Assembly: GCA_963829055.1 (NCBI GenBank)
Contig: CAWHHI010000013.1
Location: 1-64,000 of the forward strand
Direction: 5' to 3'
Length of the DNA: 64,000 nucleotides
Source: an uncultured Gemmatimonadaceae bacterium
GTDB taxonomy: Bacteria > Gemmatimonadota > Gemmatimonadetes > Gemmatimonadales > Gemmatimonadaceae
Below the pieces are notes generated by a model. That model was not told the origin of the DNA, made no database searches, and saw nothing but the letters and a program-made list of their open reading frames with translations. This document shows, in pieces, positions 41,653 through 52,400 of this stretch; position 1 is the stretch's first letter, and each line of letters begins with the position of its first letter. The position numbers were made by a program, and so were the translations under genes.

Positions 41653-43318
41653 GGCGCGGGCCGAAGCGGATGTCATCGTCGTCGGAGCGGGACTCGCGGG
41701 ACTCGTCGCCGCCGCGGAGAGTCGCGGACGCCGGCCGCCGCGTCATCATCGTCGAGCAGGAACCCGAGCAGTCGCTCGGCGGGCAGGCGTTCTGGTCGCT
41801 CGGCGGACTCTTTCTCGTGAACTCGCCGGAGCAGCGCCGCCTCCGCATTCGCGACTCGTACGAGCTCGCGCTGCAGGACTGGATGGGCTCCGCGGGGTTC
41901 GACCGCGACGAAGACACGTGGCCGCGTCGATGGGCCGAGGCGTATGTCGACTGGGCGCGGGCGAGAAGCGTGCGTGGCTTCGCGCGCAAGGCATTCGCTT
42001 CTTCCCTGTCGTCGGCTGGGCGGAGCGCGGCGGATATCTCGCGACGGATCACGGCAATTCGGTCCCGCGCTTTCACGTCACGTGGGGTACAGGACCCGGA
42101 GTCCTCGAGCCGTTCGTGCGCCGCGTTAGGAACGCCGAGGCCCGTGGCCTCGTTGCGTTCCGCTTTCGTCATCGCGTCAGCGAGCTGACACTTTCCGGTG
42201 GCACGGTGACCGGCGTGCGCGGAGAAGTCCTCGAGTCGAGCACCGCGGAGCGCGGCGAGGGCAGCTCCCGCGTGGCCGTCGGCGAGCCTTCGAGATGAAG
42301 TCGGACGCGGTGATCGTCACGTCGGGCGGCATCGGCGGCAACCACGACCTCGTGCGTCGCAATTGGCCCGCACGACTCGGCGATCCGCCCGAAGCACATG
42401 CTCTCGGGAGTGCCCGAGCACGTGGACGGTCGCATGCTTGGGCATCGCCGAGCGTGCGGGAGGCCACGTGATCAACGCCGACCGGATGTGGCACTACGTG
42501 GAGGGAGTCGAGAACTGGAATCCGATCTGGAGCCGCCACGGGATTCGCATTCTGCCCGGGCCATCGTCGGTCTGGCTCGACGCGCGCGGCAATCGCCTCC
42601 CCGGCCCGCTCTTCCCGGGCTTCGACACACTCGGCACGCTCGCTCATCTGAGGCGCACGGGCCACGACCATTCGTGGTTCGTGCTCACACAGCGGATCAT
42701 CGCGAAGGAATTCGCGCTGTCGGGCTCCGAGCAGAATCCTGACCTGACGAGTCGCAGTTGGCGACAGGTGATTGGCCGCGCGCGCGGCGGGAACGCGCCG
42801 GCGCCGGTCGAGGCGTTCAAGCAGCATGGCGCGGACTTCATCGTCGAGCGAACGCTCCCCGAGCCTCGTCCGACGGATGAATGCGCTCGTCGGCGAGCCG
42901 CTGCTCGATGCGGCACGAGGTCGAGCGCGTGATCGTCGCGCGCGATCGCGAGATGACGAACGAGTACACGAAGGACGCGCAGGTCATGGCGATCCGCAGC
43001 GCGCGCCGCTACCTCGGCGACCGGCTCATTCGCACGGCGGTCGCCGCATCGCATTCTCGATCCCGACGCCGGGCCGCTCATTGCCGTTAGGCTGCACGTG
43101 CTCACGCGAAAATCGCTCGGCGGTCTGGAGACGGATCTCTCCGCGCGCGTGCTGACGGCATAGCGGCGAGCCACTCGCGGGCCTGTACGCGGCAGGCGAG
43201 GTGGCGGGCTTCGGCGGCGGCGGCATGCACGGCTACCGTGCGCTCGAGGGGACGTTCCTCGGCGGCTGTCTGCTTCTCGGGCCGAATCGCAGGGCGGCAA
43301 GCGGTCGCTCCTAGCTGA
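41642..43318 (+). CDS. FAD-binding dehydrogenase (KsdD-like/fumarate reductase flavoprotein superfamily; many frameshifts)
   Basis: VIVVGAGLAGL, GGQAFWSLGG, RFHVTWGTGPG, RKSLGGLETD, GLYAAGEVAGFGGGGMHGYRALEGTFLGGC. Confidence 0.85.
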
Positions 43319-43362
43319 GAGCCGCTCGCTGCTCAACTGCATTCAGAGCATCTGGCAAGGCT

Positions 43363-43526
43363 TGGCCAGTACCAAGCTTGTCAGCGTACTACTCAGTACG
43401 AGGTATCAGGCATCAGGTCCCGTATCCGCCGGCTTGGGAGTCGCAGGGCTGCTCGCTGACGACTGGGTGGTGTCACCCTGATGCCTGAAACCTCCTCCTA
43501 AGAACTGAAGTGCTCAGTACTGGCCA
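43363..43526. repeat. Structured ~165-bp repeat family D, copy 1
   Basis: TGGCCAGT...ACTGGCCA ends; 40-bp core 43399-43438 identical (inverted) to 56097-56136. Confidence 0.85.
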
Positions 43527-43663
43527 GGACGCTACGCGATGTCGCCGTAACCACCGTTCCCGTTCGCCGTTCCCGCGGCCTTCCGGCCGCCGCCCCTTCC
43601 TACGACCTCGATCGCGGTGGAGTATCAAGGACCGATTGCCCTTGGCTCTTTCGCGGAGGTCGT

Positions 43664-46436
43664 ATGCGGATTTGGTACCCGGCACGCCTCGCAGCTTTCC
43701 GTCCTCACCGTCGCGACCGCGACCACTGCCGTGCACGCGCAGGTCGGCACGATCCGCGGTAGCGTCGTCGATTCGACCGGCGCGCCCATTGCGGGCGCGC
43801 TGCTCGCGGTCGATCGCACGGCCGTTCGCGCTCAGGCGACTTCCGCCGGCAACTACGCTCTCCTCGGCGTCCCGGCCGGTGCGCGAACCATCCGCGCGCA
43901 GATCATCGGCTACACGCCGGTGACGATCGAGGTGACCGTCAAGGCAGAACGAGACCGTCACGCAGGACATCACGCTCATTCGCTCCACCGTGCAGCTCGC
44001 GGCGGTCGACGTTGTCGTCGGCTCGCGCGCGTCGCACAAGGCGGCCGACGAGATCGCGGTACCCGTCGACATCATTCCGGCGGAGGTGATCTCGCAGCAG
44101 GGGACGTCAGAGCTGTCGTCGATTCTTCAGAACGTCTCGCCGTCCGTGAACTTCCCGCGTCAGAGCGTCACCGACGCCGACGATATCGTGCGGCCGTTCA
44201 CGATGCGCGGGCTCTCGCCGGATCATACGCTCGTGCTCGTGAACGGCGTCCGTCGTCACCGCAGCGCGCTGGTGCACACGTTCGCGTTCGGCGAGCCCGC
44301 TGGCGCGACCGGGCGTCGATCTCAACGCGATGCCGGCCAGCGCCATCGGGCGCATGGAAGTGCTGCGCGACGGCGCGTCCGCGCAGTACGGCTCCGAGGC
44401 GATCGCCGGCGTGCTCAACCTCGTCATCAAGGAGGGCGAGTTCTCGCCGTTCGTGAACGCCGACTTCGGTCGCTACATGCTCAATGACTTTCCCGACGAT
44501 GGCGAGACGTTCAACGTCAACGGGGGCTGGGGACTCAAGCTCGGACGCGGCTCGTTAGGCCTGTTCGCGGAGTACGGAATCGCCAGCCGACGAATCGCGC
44601 GTGGCCCGAGGCCGCCGACCAGATCGTGGAGGGCGACGCCGACGAGGTCGACGCCAACGGCAACATCATCAAGAAGAACAACGCCGTCGGCCAGCCGAAC
44701 CACCATCTGGGTGACGGGCTCGCGAATGACGCTGCTCTCGTTCGCCAACCTGCGCTTGCCGATCAACGCCGCCGGCACGAGTGAGCTGTACGGGTTCGGC
44801 GGCTACACGCACCGCATTGGCACCGGCAACGGCTTCTATCGCCAGGGGCTCTCCGACCGGAACTGGCCAACGATCTACCCGCAGGGCTTCCTGCCGGAGT
44901 TCAAGCCGACGGTCGTGGATTGGTCTGCGGCCGGCGGCGTACGCGGAGTGGCGGGTGGATGGAACTACGACGGTTCGGTCTCGTACGGGCACAACTTGTT
45001 CGACTATCAGCTGCGCAACACGCTGAACGCATCGCTCGGCCCATGTCTGGACGTGCCGTGCGCGCCGGGGCTCGACGGCATCCTCGGCAACGCCGACGAC
45101 CCGGGCATTCCCAACAGCACGCACTTCTTCGCCGGCGGGCTTCGCGCCGGAGAGTTGGGGTTGAACGTGACGCTGGCGAAACCGATTCAGATCGGCCTGC
45201 CTAACGCGCTCAACGTCGCGGTGGGCGCAGCGTTCCGCGACGAGACGTTCACGCTGGTGCCGGGCGAGACAGGCTCGTGGATTCAGGGCGGCCATGTGAA
45301 CCAGTACGGCGACCCGGCCCCGCCGGGCTCGCAGGTGTTCAGCGGGTTCCTGCCCACCACGGCCGCCGACGAATCCCGCACCAACACCGGCGCCTACGTC
45401 GATCTCGAGACCGATCTCACGAAGCAGCTGCTCGTGAACGCGGCGGCGCGCTTCGAGGACTACAGCGACTTCGGGTCGAAGGTGAGCACGAAGCTCGCGC
45501 TCCGTTTCCAGCCCGCGACGCAGCTCGTGCTGCGCGGCGCGTTCAGCACCGGATTCCGCGCGCCCTCACTGGCCCAGAGCTTCTACGGGAGCCGGATCAC
45601 GAACTTCCGGCTCGATCCGGTCACCGGCAAACAGGCTCCGTTCGAGGTCGGCATCTTCCCGGTGCAGAGCGACGTCGCAGTGACGTTAGGCGCCAAGCCG
45701 CTCAAGGCGGAGACGTCGATCAACTACAGTGCGGGATTCGCGTGGAGCCCCACGGACCAGTTCAACCTCACGGTCGACGGCTACCTCATCGACCTGAACG
45801 ATCGCATCCTGCTCACGAGCTCCATTGGCGGCGACAGCGTGGAGGCGATCCTCGCGTCGAAGGGACTCTTTCTCACGTCCGCGCAGTACTTCACGAACAT
45901 CATCGACACGCGCACGAAGGGCGTCGACCTCACCGCGTACTATCGTACGATCATCGGCTCGACGAGCGCCCTGACGCTCTCGACGGGCATGAACTTCACG
46001 ACGAACGCGCATCGCCGACCAGCGTCCGTTGCCGCCGGAGCTCGAGGGAACAGGCGCGGAGCTCGTGGACAAGTTCGCGATGATCCAGATCGAGAAGGAG
46101 CGCCCGGACTGGCGAGGCACGTTGACGGCGGACTACTCGCGCGGCCAGAACAACGCGCTGATCCGGACATCGTACTACGGCAAGTTCCACTCGGCCCCCG
46201 GGCTCTGCGACACGTGCGACCAGGAGTTCGGCGGGAAGACGCTGGTGGACGTCGAGGTCGGCCACCGGTTCAGCGGCGTGCGCTGGTCGCTGGGCGCGCG
46301 TAACCTGTTCGACACGTTCCCGGACAAGAACACGCTCGACAACGGCTACGGGATCTTCCCGTGGGCGGGCGCGTCACCGTTCGGCTATAATGGCCGGTTC
46401 GTGTACACGCGGGCGGAGATCGTCATCGGGCGGTAG
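43664..46436 (+). CDS. TonB-dependent receptor with N-terminal carboxypeptidase-regulatory-like domain (many frameshifts)
   Basis: VVVGSR, MRGLSPDHTLVLVNG, EVLRDGASAQYGSEAIAGVLN, RFEDYSDFG, STGFRAPSL, C-terminal FGYNGRFVY. Confidence 0.9.
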
Positions 46437-46446
46437 AGATTCCAGG

Positions 46447-46552
46447 GTCATCCCGAGGAGCAATCGCGACGAGGGACCTATTGTGAGGCAATTGTGGCTA
46501 GGCCGGCCACGAGGACATTACACAAGGTCCCTCGCTGACGCTCGGGATGACA
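46447..46552. repeat. REP family B palindrome
   Basis: GTCATCCCGAG..GAGGGACCT..AGGTCCCTCG..CTCGGGATGACA. Confidence 0.85.
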
Positions 46553-46596
46553 CGCTACTGGAAATCGCAACTTTGTTGAAAGAGAAGCAGTCGCGC

Positions 46597-46623
46597 TGTC
46601 GATTTCGCATCCGTTGCTTCGAC
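46597..46623 (+). promoter_or_regulatory. ECF42-type promoter TGTCGA-N17-CGAC upstream of an ADOP permease
   Basis: Same TGTCGAT..TTCGACGTA pattern and spacing as 37452-37481. Confidence 0.7.
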
Positions 46624-46672
46624 GTACAGGTGAGAGCAGTCAGGTAGACCAGGACACCGACGGACCCCACCA

Positions 46673-49117
46673 ATGCTCATCTCCAACATCCGCTACGCCT
46701 TCCGCACCCTGGCCCGCGCCCCCGGCTTCACCCTGGCCGTGGTCCTCACCCTCGGGCTCGGCATTGGCGCCAACACCGCGATTTTCAGCGTCGTCCGCGG
46801 CGTTCTGCTCAAGCCACTGCCCAACAAGGACGGGGACCGACTGGTCTACCTGCGCCAGTCCATCAAGGGGCCCGGCGGCGAGGACATCAACTTCTCCGTC
46901 CCCGAGATCAACGACCTTCGGACCGGTGCGAAGAGCCTGGGCGCCATCGCGGAGTACTCCTCGATCATCTACACGCTCGACAAGGGCCAGGACGCCGTGC
47001 GGATGAACGTCGCGCTCGTGAGCGGCAACTATTTCAAGGTCATGGGACTGTCGGCGATCGCCGGCCGCCTGCTGAACGAGGGCGACGATGGCGTGAACGT
47101 GCCGCCGGTCATGGTGCTCACGGAGGACTACTGGATGAAGGCGTTCGGCGGCGACCGGTCGATCATCGGCAAGCCGGTCCGCTTCGGCGGCAAGTCCGTG
47201 ATGGTCGTGGGCGTCGTGCAGTCGGCGCCGAACTTCCCGCGCCCGATGGACGCGCTGCTCAACCTCGTCATGAGCGAGCACCACACGAGCGCACTCATGG
47301 TGCAGGGTCGTACGCATCGCATGACACAGGTCATCGGGCGACTCGCGCCGGGCGCGACGATCGAACAGGTCAAGTCCGAAGTCGCCACCGTGCGCGCTCG
47401 CGTGCAGAAGGAATTCGTCGAGTCGTACGACCCGGGCTCCGAATATCGCGTGACCGTGATTCCCTTCCACGAGGTCCTCGGTGAGAAGGCGCGCCTCACG
47501 CTGTGGCTCCTCATGGGCGCGGCCGCGTTCGTGATGATCATCTCGTGCGCGAACGTCGCGAACCTGACGCTCATGCGCTCGGTGCGCCGCGAGCACGAGC
47601 TCGTGGTCCGCGCGGCGCTCGGCGCCGGAGCAGGTCGGCTGCGTGGCCTGCTGCTGGTCGAGAACCTGGTGCTGGCCTTCATGGGCGCCACGTTAGGCCT
47701 GGTCCTGGCCGTCGGCGGCGTCAAGCTCCTCACCTCGCTCGCGGCGCGCTATTCGACACGTGCCAACGAGATCAAGCTCGACGGCGTCGTCCTCGGATTC
47801 ACCGCGTTGTTGGCGGTCGTCGTTGCGGTCCTCCTCTCCTACGCTCCGAAGCTCGCGAAGGAAGGTTCACTCGCGGCGTGGGTCGCGGCCGGCGTGAACC
47901 GCATGAGCGCGGGCGTGAAACGGCAGCGGCTTCAGCGCGGACTCGTCGTCGCGCAGATCGCCGTATCGGTCATCCTGTTGACGGGTGCGGGACTCCTCAC
48001 ACGCACGATGCTGCAGCTCTCCGAGGTGAAGACCGGACTCAACACCGAGCAGATCCTCACGATGGAAGTGCCGTTCGACTACGGCTCGCGGAAGGACGCG
48101 GACGCGAAGGCACTGTTCGACCGCATGCGTCGCGAGGTCGCGGCCATTCCTGGCGTGAGCGAGGTCGGAGTCGGGTCGACGATGCCGCTGCGTTCCGCGG
48201 ACGTGCAGCTCGAGGTGAAGGCCGAAGGGCGTCCGCTCGCATCAGGCGAAGCGATGCCGCGCGCGGAGTTCCGCACGGTGGGTCCCGCATTCTTCCGTGC
48301 GGCGGGCGTTCCGCTCGTCAAAGGGCGTGAGTTCTCCGAGACGGATCGGAAGGAGTCGGGGATGGTCGTGATCCTGAACAAGACGCTCGCGGATCAGCTC
48401 TTCCCCGACCGCGATCCGATCGGTCAGCGTGTGGCCTGGACGGGCGATGTACTGCGGTTCATCGGCGTGAGCGATGAGTGGCGCACGGTCGTCGGTGTCG
48501 TCGGCAACACGAAGGACGGTGGGCTCGACGCCGAGCCGCGTGGCATCGTCTTTCAGCCGCTCGAGCAGGAGCAGCTGTTCGGCGGCGGCCTCGTGATCCG
48601 CGCGCAGCGTGACCCGGCCTCGCTCATCCCGGCGGCAACGCGTCTCGTCCGGAGCATCGTACCTAACGACCCGATCGAGAACGTGCTCACGATCCCGCAG
48701 ATCAAGGATCAGAGCGTCGCGCCGAGGCGGCTGAACGCGGTGCTGGTGTCGTCGTTCGGCATGCTGGCGGTGATCATCGCGGCGGTCGGCATTGCCGGCG
48801 TGCTCGCATTCTCGGTCAGCGCACGCACGAACGAGATCGGTATCCGCATGAGCCTCGGCGCCGACAGCGCGCGCGTCCAGCGGATGGTACTGGCGGAGGG
48901 CGGGATCCTTCTGGTGTATGGCCTGTTGCTCGGCGTCGTCGGCGCGCTCATCGGCACGCGACTCATGCGCGGCCTGCTGTTCGGTGTGACGCCTAACGAT
49001 CCGCTCACGCTCGTGGGTGTGGCGGCGATGATGGTCGTGGTCGGTATCGCGGCGTGCTGGCTGCCGGCGCTGCGCGCGGCGAGGATCGATCCGGCGGTCG
49101 CGATCAGAAGGCAGTAG
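46673..49117 (+). CDS. ADOP-type ABC transporter permease
   Basis: Intact 814 aa; TLGLGIGANTAIFSVV, ISCANVANL, duplicated MacB/FtsX halves. Confidence 0.95.
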   Translation: MLISNIRYAFRTLARAPGFTLAVVLTLGLGIGANTAIFSVVRGVLLKPLPNKDGDRLVYLRQSIKGPGGEDINFSVPEINDLRTGAKSLGAIAEYSSIIYTLDKGQDAVRMNVALVSGNYFKVMGLSAIAGRLLNEGDDGVNVPPVMVLTEDYWMKAFGGDRSIIGKPVRFGGKSVMVVGVVQSAPNFPRPMDALLNLVMSEHHTSALMVQGRTHRMTQVIGRLAPGATIEQVKSEVATVRARVQKEFVESYDPGSEYRVTVIPFHEVLGEKARLTLWLLMGAAAFVMIISCANVANLTLMRSVRREHELVVRAALGAGAGRLRGLLLVENLVLAFMGATLGLVLAVGGVKLLTSLAARYSTRANEIKLDGVVLGFTALLAVVVAVLLSYAPKLAKEGSLAAWVAAGVNRMSAGVKRQRLQRGLVVAQIAVSVILLTGAGLLTRTMLQLSEVKTGLNTEQILTMEVPFDYGSRKDADAKALFDRMRREVAAIPGVSEVGVGSTMPLRSADVQLEVKAEGRPLASGEAMPRAEFRTVGPAFFRAAGVPLVKGREFSETDRKESGMVVILNKTLADQLFPDRDPIGQRVAWTGDVLRFIGVSDEWRTVVGVVGNTKDGGLDAEPRGIVFQPLEQEQLFGGGLVIRAQRDPASLIPAATRLVRSIVPNDPIENVLTIPQIKDQSVAPRRLNAVLVSSFGMLAVIIAAVGIAGVLAFSVSARTNEIGIRMSLGADSARVQRMVLAEGGILLVYGLLLGVVGALIGTRLMRGLLFGVTPNDPLTLVGVAAMMVVVGIAACWLPALRAARIDPAVAIRRQ

Positions 49118-49228
49118 GAAGAAACACCTTCAGCTGTCGGGCATTGGCAAAGCAACAGCGACAACAACGACGACAGCACTTGCAGCGGGCCGCGTTCTCC
49201 CTGTGAGACGCGGCTCGCTGCGTACCGC

Positions 49229-49726
49229 CTAGCTGTTGGGACCGACCAGGTCTCCCTGAGCGGCCGCGCACCACTGGCTGTTGACGAGCGTTGCGAGCCC
49301 GAGCACGTCCGTCGGAGCGCCGGGGACCGGAGGCGGGAACGTCAAGGCGGGAAGCTGCCCGCTCGAGATGAGCACGTTCAGCTCGCTGAGGAGTGCGCCG
49401 GAGAGGCCGCAGGCCGCGTCGAAGTTCCGAGGTGTCTGGTCGAGCGATTTCGCAATGGTTTCCATCTTCGCGTCGAGCGATCTCGTCTGACCGCAATTCA
49501 CACTCGACCCGGCGGCGTCGAGTGATTCGTTGATCCACTCTTCCAGGCCGTGGAGCGCGGGAAGCGGACTCACAGTCGTGCCGATGTCGATCGCGCAGCT
49601 CGCGCCGGTCTTGGCGAACGACACGGTCGGAATGTTGGCCGATGGTGACGTCGGCTCGGTCCGCTCACAGGCTGCCGTGAACAGTGCGGCGGCTCCTGCG
49701 ACGGCAATCAGTCGTGCTCGGTTCAT
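49229..49726 (-). CDS. Hypothetical lipoprotein with four further Cys
   Basis: GGAGGAG RBS, FTAAC lipobox. Confidence 0.7.
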   Translation of the reverse strand: MNRARLIAVAGAAALFTAACERTEPTSPSANIPTVSFAKTGASCAIDIGTTVSPLPALHGLEEWINESLDAAGSSVNCGQTRSLDAKMETIAKSLDQTPRNFDAACGLSGALLSELNVLISSGQLPALTFPPPVPGAPTDVLGLATLVNSQWCAAAQGDLVGPNS

Positions 49727-49903
49727 GTGCTCCTCCAACTTCAGGGTGTCTCGATTGCTTCGGATCAAGAGCACGCAATCTGACCGTGCTCACCACGAGC
49801 TTCAAGCTGAGCCACACAGATGGTAGCGCCTAACGTGCTGTGAGCGCGTGATGCCTCCTTCACATCGAGGTACAGCTACGATGACGCTGTCGCGCGGCTC
49901 GAC

Positions 49904-51682
49904 CTAGGCGAAGAAGTCCGCCAGCTCGCGGTACGGTATGCCGAGTCGCTGCGCCATCGTGCGGTCGGCAGCTGAGCGGCCGACGACGACGCTCTCAGCG
50001 AGTGCGACCTGCTCGCGGAGCGCGAACTCCAGCAGCAATCCCGGCAGCGGCTTGCGACACCAGCAGATCGGCGGACCCGCATCGTGCGGGCAACACGCGA
50101 TCGTGATGTCGACTTCGAGCGCCCTGCGCGTGCGCTCGAAGTGATCACGTACGCTGTCGAGTGTCGCCTTGCCTCGCGCGATGTCCGGACGCCATGCGTG
50201 CGCGAACAACACCCAGCCATCCGCCAGGGACTGCGGGAGTATGCGCTGGCGGTCGGCGGCGCCGGCGTCGCCGATCAGGTCATCGTAGTCGAGCACGATC
50301 GCGCGCTTCGTCGCATGAGTCGTCGGCTGGCGCGCGAATCCGATCTCCTCGACGCGCGTGAAGCCTTCATCCGCCACGGGCGGCTCGACGGTCCGTTCGT
50401 AGCGGAACTGAGCCTCGGGCCCGAAGTACCGAGGGTCGGTCTTTCCACGCTCGCGGATCTCCTCCGGGCTCGGCAACGAACCATGGACGTCGACGAGTCG
50501 CGTGATGGCGTTGATCTGCGCATCGGCAACGGTCGTGGCCACCCAGACACAGCGAACCGGAACGCCGTACAGCCAGGCAGCTTCAATGACCTCGTTGCGT
50601 GACTTGCGCGACGGGTACGTGTTGTCGAGGACCCAGCGTCTGCGACCACCCGCGAGTCCGGCGTCGAGCTCACGCACGAGATCCGACAGCGAGCCGCCGC
50701 GCTCGTCTCGATTGAGACGCCCGTAGCCGGATGCCTCGAGCGCTCGTGCCGTCGTGCTCTTGCCTGCTCCAGGCATACCCATGACCAGCACGACCTCGCC
50801 CGCCGCGTCGTCAGGCGGTCGCCGCTCTGAGCGCGGCACGCGAAGGAGACGCCCCGAAAAACGATCATCCAGCTGCCGGCGGTCGTCGTCCGAGAGCCTA
50901 ACGCGCAATACCCTCGCGATCGACTGGGCGGTTTCGACGCGCGTCGCCCCAGGAATCGGCGTGACGAGTGGGCTCAGGTCCATGAGCCACGCGAGCGCCA
51001 CTTCCGCCGGCGTGGCGTCGTGGCGGGACGCAACCTCGGCCAGCACCGCGTCGCGTGCGAGCCGATTCACGCGTTCTCCGCCTAACGGCCGATACGCGAT
51101 GAGACGAATGCCGTGATCCCGGCAGTACTCCGCTACGCCGTTGCGGAGGTTCTCGTCGTCGAGCGGGGACAGGCTCACCTGTACCGACGCGATCTCGGCG
51201 ATCCGCCGCGCCGCCTCGATCTGACCGACGGTCACGTTGCAGAGGCCAATGCGACGGATCTTCCCTTCCGCCTGAAGCGCGGCCAGCGCCCGCACGCTCG
51301 TCTCGAGCGAGGTGCGTGGGTCGACGGCATGGAGCTGGTAGAGGTCGATCGCATCCACCTCGAGCGCCCGCCGGCTCGCCTCGCACGCGGCGCGAAGAGA
51401 CTTGGCCTTTCCGTCCGCGACCCACTGGCCGCCGGGTCGGCGCAGACCGCCCTTGGTCGCAACCTCGATTCTCGTCCGATCCCCAGACCACCCGCGAAGC
51501 GCCTCGGCGATCAACCGCTCGTTGTGGCCGGTCTCGGTGTCGTCATGACAGTACGCGTCCGAGGTGTCGAGCAGCGTCGCGCCGGCGTCCAGGGCAGCAC
51601 GGATCACCTCGATGGACCGCGCGTCATCGCGGTCCGCCGAGGTGGACAGGCGCATACAGCCGAGGCCGACTTGTACTGTCAT
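49904..51682 (-). CDS. Aldo/keto reductase fused to a P-loop kinase (PNKP/AAA_33-like) and a HAD-IIIA/GmhB-like domain
   Basis: GLGCMRLS, DTSDAY, TKGG, DLYQLH, PIPGAT; GMPGAGKST, LDNT; LDYDD, CCPH..CWCRKP. Confidence 0.85.
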   Translation of the reverse strand: MTVQVGLGCMRLSTSADRDDARSIEVIRAALDAGATLLDTSDAYCHDDTETGHNERLIAEALRGWSGDRTRIEVATKGGLRRPGGQWVADGKAKSLRAACEASRRALEVDAIDLYQLHAVDPRTSLETSVRALAALQAEGKIRRIGLCNVTVGQIEAARRIAEIASVQVSLSPLDDENLRNGVAEYCRDHGIRLIAYRPLGGERVNRLARDAVLAEVASRHDATPAEVALAWLMDLSPLVTPIPGATRVETAQSIARVLRVRLSDDDRRQLDDRFSGRLLRVPRSERRPPDDAAGEVVLVMGMPGAGKSTTARALEASGYGRLNRDERGGSLSDLVRELDAGLAGGRRRWVLDNTYPSRKSRNEVIEAAWLYGVPVRCVWVATTVADAQINAITRLVDVHGSLPSPEEIRERGKTDPRYFGPEAQFRYERTVEPPVADEGFTRVEEIGFARQPTTHATKRAIVLDYDDLIGDAGAADRQRILPQSLADGWVLFAHAWRPDIARGKATLDSVRDHFERTRRALEVDITIACCPHDAGPPICWCRKPLPGLLLEFALREQVALAESVVVGRSAADRTMAQRLGIPYRELADFFA

Positions 51683-51998
51683 CCCGAGGAGCGGCAGCGA
51701 CGAGGGACCTTCTTTGATCTCATCGTAGCCTGTTTCCGGCTGGCTTTCTGCGACTCCGGCACTACGGAACGCAGAGCGCTCTGAACGCTCAGAAGACCCA
51801 GAAAAAGAAAATTGAACAATCGGAATTGCCGTTTCTGCGTGATCTGAGCGATCTGAGCCTTCTGCGTTCCGTAGTCCGGAGCGGCGTGCGGCGACTTCGG
51901 GCCGCCCGGGAATAGGCTACGAGCATCACGAAGATCCTCGCTGCGCTCGGATGACAGCTGGACGCTCGGGTGACAGCTGCTGACGCTCGGGATGACAA
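51677..51998. repeat. ~320-bp nested palindrome (REP family B arms enclosing two further inverted pairs)
   Basis: TCGTAGCCTGTTTCCGG/CCGGGAATAGGCTACGA and CTACGGAACGCAGA/TCTGCGTTCCGTAG pairs around an A-rich loop. Confidence 0.85.
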
Positions 51999-52017
51999 CT
52001 CCTGCAAACCATCTCGA

Positions 52018-52036
52018 CCTTTAGCCCGTCTAAAGG
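52018..52036. promoter_or_regulatory. Inverted repeat CCTTTAG-N5-CTAAAGG overlapping the PadR RBS (probable PadR operator)
   Basis: Read directly, 3 nt before the ATG. Confidence 0.55.
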
Positions 52037-52039
52037 AGC

Positions 52040-52396
52040 ATGACCGACGCCGACACGCCGTCACGCTCCGAGGTACTCCAGGGCACCCTGGAGATGCTCA
52101 CCCTCAAAGCCCTCACGCTCCAGCCCATGCACGGCTGGGGCATCTCCATCCGGCTCCGCCAGATCTCCGGCGACGTCTTCGACGTCAACCAGGGGTCGCT
52201 CTACCCGGCGCTCCAGCGGATGCTGCGCCGCGGCTGGATCCGCGCCTACTACGCCGACAGCGAGAACAACCGCAAGGCGCGCTACTACGAGATCACCCGG
52301 GAAGGCCAGCGCCAGCTCGCGGTGCAGATGGCCGAGTGGGAGCAGTCGTCGCGGGCGGTGAATCGCGTGCTGCGGTTCGCGACGCAGGGAGCGTAG
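52040..52396 (+). CDS. PadR family regulator (acidobacterial, ADOP-associated type)
   Basis: LQGTLEMLTLK, HGWGI, NQGSLYPALQR, SENNRKARYY. Confidence 0.95.
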   Translation: MTDADTPSRSEVLQGTLEMLTLKALTLQPMHGWGISIRLRQISGDVFDVNQGSLYPALQRMLRRGWIRAYYADSENNRKARYYEITREGQRQLAVQMAEWEQSSRAVNRVLRFATQGA

Positions 52397-52400
52397 ACGC

